From positions 124,526 through 188,525 of the forward strand of contig JAJCXR010000024.1 in the NCBI GenBank assembly GCA_029263315.1: DNA of 64,000 nucleotides. The letters run 5' to 3'. The position numbers and the translations under genes are program-made. Numbering within the stretch: the first letter of the stretch is position 1; each line of letters opens with the position of its first letter. Positions 61,134 to 64,000 of this stretch are shown one piece after another. Origin of the DNA: Acidobacteriota bacterium. GTDB lineage: Bacteria; Acidobacteriota; Thermoanaerobaculia; Multivoradales; J023. The notes under the pieces were generated by a model. It saw only the letters and a list, made by a program, of their open reading frames with translations, made no database searches and was not told the origin of the DNA.

Positions 61134-64000
61134 ATGTTTGAGCACATCAGCACCTCTCAGAAATTTCTGCTCATCTCGTTGCTCGCCGCGCTGCTGACCG
61201 TACAGGTGGCCGGCGCCGTCGCTCCACCGACCGAAAACGGCCATAATCAACGGAATTTCGATGCCAGAGTCAGCCACAATGCCTCCTTCACCACCCATCC
61301 CGGTATCGCCCAACGGCAGGGTTTCCAGGGATTCAGCCAACAGTTGCCCAGCGCCGCGGTGGACTACGACCGCCTCACCGGCGCCACCCGCAGCCTCTAC
61401 AATCGACTCGGCTACTTGACACCTCCGGTCACCGGCGAAGCCGATGCCATGACCCTAGCCCTCGACTTCGTGGCTCAGAATCTGCCGCTCTTGGGCCTCG
61501 AGGCGGCGGACTTCGCCTCCTATGAGGTGACCGATCATGTCTTTACCCGTGCCACCGGTACCAGCCGCATCTACTTGCGTCAGACGTTCCAAGGCTTGCC
61601 GGTCTACAACGGCCAGCTGCAGGTGACGGTCAACCGTGAAGGCCGCATCCTGGGTGTCAACAATCTGTTCATGCCCAACCTGAGCCGGGCCGCTGCCAGC
61701 CCCGAGCCCGCCTTCGGCGCTGCCCATGCGGTGGCCCAGGCAGCGCAGCATCTGTCGATGGAGGCGGCCGGCATCAGCCTCCTCGAAGGGCCTCAGGGAA
61801 CTGCCCAGCGCACCTCCCTCGAAGCGGCACAGCTGTCCCTCGATGCCATTGAGGCAGAGCTCATGTGGTTGCCCATACGTCGCGGCGATGCCCGTTTGGT
61901 GTGGCGCTTCCAGCTCCGCACCCCCGACAACCAGCACTGGTACGACATGACCGTCGACGCCCACAGCGGCCAGGTTTGGACCCGCTTCGATTGGGTGGCC
62001 AACGGCACCTCCCACCGCGTCGCCGCCTACCCCGCCGAGAGCCTCAACCACCTCGCCGTGCCGCCGCCGGCCGATGGTCGACCGGTGGAAGCCACGCCGG
62101 CGGATGGCACCGCCTCCCCCAATGGTTGGCACAATGATGGCACTACCGACTTCACCATCACCCGCGGCAACAACGTCAACGCCTATGAGGACTCGAACGG
62201 CAGCAACTCGCCGTCGACGCCGCAGCCGGACTGCGGTGCGGGCCTCGACTGCGACTTCGATTTCCCGATCGATTTTGCCGTCCAGGAGCCTGCCTCGTAC
62301 CAAGACGCTGCGGTGTCGAACCTCTTCTACTGGAACAACATCATTCACGATGTGCAATACCACTACGGCTTCGACGAAGCCGGTGGCAACTTTCAGGTCG
62401 ACAACTTCGGCAACGGTGGCCTCGGTACCGACGATGTGCAAGCCGAAGCCCAGGACGTCGGTAACTGCAACGCCAATTTCGGTACCCCCCCGGATGGCAA
62501 CCGCCCCCGCATGCAGATGTTCATCTGCAACAACGCCTCGCCGGCCCACGATGGCGACTTCGACAACGGCGTCATCATCCACGAATTCGGCCACGGCATC
62601 TCCAACCGCTTGGTGGGTGGACCTGCCAATACCGGCTGTCTCAACAATACGCAGCAGGGCGGCGAGGGCTACAGCGATTGGTGGTCCTTGGCTTACACCG
62701 CGGAGGTTGGTGACATGGGCACCGACAAGCGGGGTATCGGCACCTATCTGCTCGGGCAACCGACCACCGGCGACGGTATCCGTCCGCAGCCCTACAGCAC
62801 CGATCCCGCCATCAACAACTACACCTATGAGTCGATGAACGGTCTGTCGGTGCCCCACGGCGTCGGTTCCGTCTGGGCGCAAGCCGCCTGGGAGGTCTAC
62901 TGGGCCTTGGTGGATACCCACGGTTTCGATATCGACCTCCACAACGCCATGGGCGGCGCCGGCAACCAGCGGGCCATGCTCTATGTCAATGCTGGTCTGC
63001 AGAATTCCATCTGTGGCCCCGCCTTCACCGACGTGCGAGACGGCATGATCCAAGCGGCGGTCGACAACTTCGGCGGCGAGGACGTCTGCCTGCTATGGGA
63101 GACCTTCGGGGCCTACGGTTTGGGCGTCGATGCGGTCAGCGGTGGTCCTAACAGCACCTCCCCCACCAACGGTTTCGAGATCCCTGTCGAGTGTCAGTGT
63201 GAGGATGGACAGACCGTGCCCATCGCCGATGCCGGGCCCGATCAGGTGGCCTGCGCCGGGGATCCCGTGACCTTGGGAACACCGGCCGAGCCGGGGCATA
63301 CCTACCTCTGGTCGCCGGGTGGTCAGACGACGGCGCAAATCACCGTGTCGCCCGCCGACACGACGGTTTACACCCTGACCGCGACGACGGATTGCGGACC
63401 CAAGGAAGACAGCGCCACCGTCTTCATCGATAATGGCGAAGGTGGTTTGAGCGATGATTTCGAAGGCGGCACCGCCAATTGGACGGCTTCTGGTCTGTGG
63501 CACTTGGTGGCCAACTCCACCTGTGCGTTGCCGGAAGATGGGTTCTCGTCCCCGGTGAGCTCCTTCTACTATGGGCAAGACGGTAGCTGCACCTACGACA
63601 CCGGTGCCACCACCACCGGTGACCTGACCTCCCGCACCATCTTTGGTATCGACGGCAGCTCGACGCTGACCTTCGACTACTTCCGCGAGGTCGAGTCCTT
63701 CAGCGGCAGCTTCGACGTCACGCAGGTGGACGTCATCGCTGGCGGTGCGACGACGACGGTGTTCTCCCTCGATTCCAGCACCCCCTCCACCCTGGCGTGG
63801 TCCACTGAGGGGCCCATCGACTTGAGCGCCTTCGACGGCCAGGCCATCAGCTTGCGATTCCGCTTCAACAGCGCCGACAGTGTCGGAAACGACTTCATCG
63901 GCTGGTTTGTCGATGACGTGGTGGTCACCGGAACCTCCTCCTGCAAGCTTGGCGGCGGAGCGATCTTCAGCGGTGGCTTCGAGGAGGGTAATACCTCGGC
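61134..64000 (+). CDS. Secreted M36 (fungalysin) metallopeptidase with C-terminal accessory domains, partial (absent from ORF track)
   Basis: ATG at 61134 after AAGGA; signal peptide; propeptide; NLFYWNNIIHD..YGFDE.GGNFQ, IIHEFGHGISNRL and GEGYSD; appears open to the window end. Confidence 0.9.
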   Translation, partial: MFEHISTSQKFLLISLLAALLTVQVAGAVAPPTENGHNQRNFDARVSHNASFTTHPGIAQRQGFQGFSQQLPSAAVDYDRLTGATRSLYNRLGYLTPPVTGEADAMTLALDFVAQNLPLLGLEAADFASYEVTDHVFTRATGTSRIYLRQTFQGLPVYNGQLQVTVNREGRILGVNNLFMPNLSRAAASPEPAFGAAHAVAQAAQHLSMEAAGISLLEGPQGTAQRTSLEAAQLSLDAIEAELMWLPIRRGDARLVWRFQLRTPDNQHWYDMTVDAHSGQVWTRFDWVANGTSHRVAAYPAESLNHLAVPPPADGRPVEATPADGTASPNGWHNDGTTDFTITRGNNVNAYEDSNGSNSPSTPQPDCGAGLDCDFDFPIDFAVQEPASYQDAAVSNLFYWNNIIHDVQYHYGFDEAGGNFQVDNFGNGGLGTDDVQAEAQDVGNCNANFGTPPDGNRPRMQMFICNNASPAHDGDFDNGVIIHEFGHGISNRLVGGPANTGCLNNTQQGGEGYSDWWSLAYTAEVGDMGTDKRGIGTYLLGQPTTGDGIRPQPYSTDPAINNYTYESMNGLSVPHGVGSVWAQAAWEVYWALVDTHGFDIDLHNAMGGAGNQRAMLYVNAGLQNSICGPAFTDVRDGMIQAAVDNFGGEDVCLLWETFGAYGLGVDAVSGGPNSTSPTNGFEIPVECQCEDGQTVPIADAGPDQVACAGDPVTLGTPAEPGHTYLWSPGGQTTAQITVSPADTTVYTLTATTDCGPKEDSATVFIDNGEGGLSDDFEGGTANWTASGLWHLVANSTCALPEDGFSSPVSSFYYGQDGSCTYDTGATTTGDLTSRTIFGIDGSSTLTFDYFREVESFSGSFDVTQVDVIAGGATTTVFSLDSSTPSTLAWSTEGPIDLSAFDGQAISLRFRFNSADSVGNDFIGWFVDDVVVTGTSSCKLGGGAIFSGGFEEGNTS

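Noticed and set aside
61455-63053. 532-aa minus-strand ORF, and similar long antisense ORFs opposite priA, recJ, lptFG and leuS
   Set aside because: Shadow ORFs caused by high-GC codon bias; the opposite strand carries the recognisable genes.

Overview
GC-rich bacterial chromosomal window, most likely Acidobacteriota (inferred from a fused LptF-LptG, a long LptC/LptA fusion and a VWFA-related Acidobacterial-type protein). It is mostly core genes: carD, priA, accA, recJ, lptC/A-lptB-rpoN-hpf-ptsN-hprK-rapZ-PTS, miaB, radA, dnaB, HU, dtd, ssb, mutS, leuS, a sirtuin, tRNA-Leu(CAA) and a partial M36 peptidase. The strongest candidate for an undescribed system is at 27.2-30.3 kb. Four perfect copies of a non-canonical 18-bp palindrome (ATGTCGGCGCGCCGACAT, candidate parS) lie upstream of a parA-parB pair whose ParB has a divergent recognition helix, and a 28-bp XerCD dif-like site lies 142 bp after parB. 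This suggests a ParABS-type system at the replication terminus rather than at oriC. An accessory metal island at about 34.0-43.3 kb holds three further items: a CsoR-family-controlled merT-merP-merA operon; a second flavin-disulfide reductase with an in-frame TGA exactly at the first catalytic Cys (candidate selenoprotein, truncated by the ORF track); and a ZntR-type MerR promoter driving a thioredoxin-HMA-beta-barrel-NHL-merR operon. Functional calls come from motif recognition by eye; no database searches were run.
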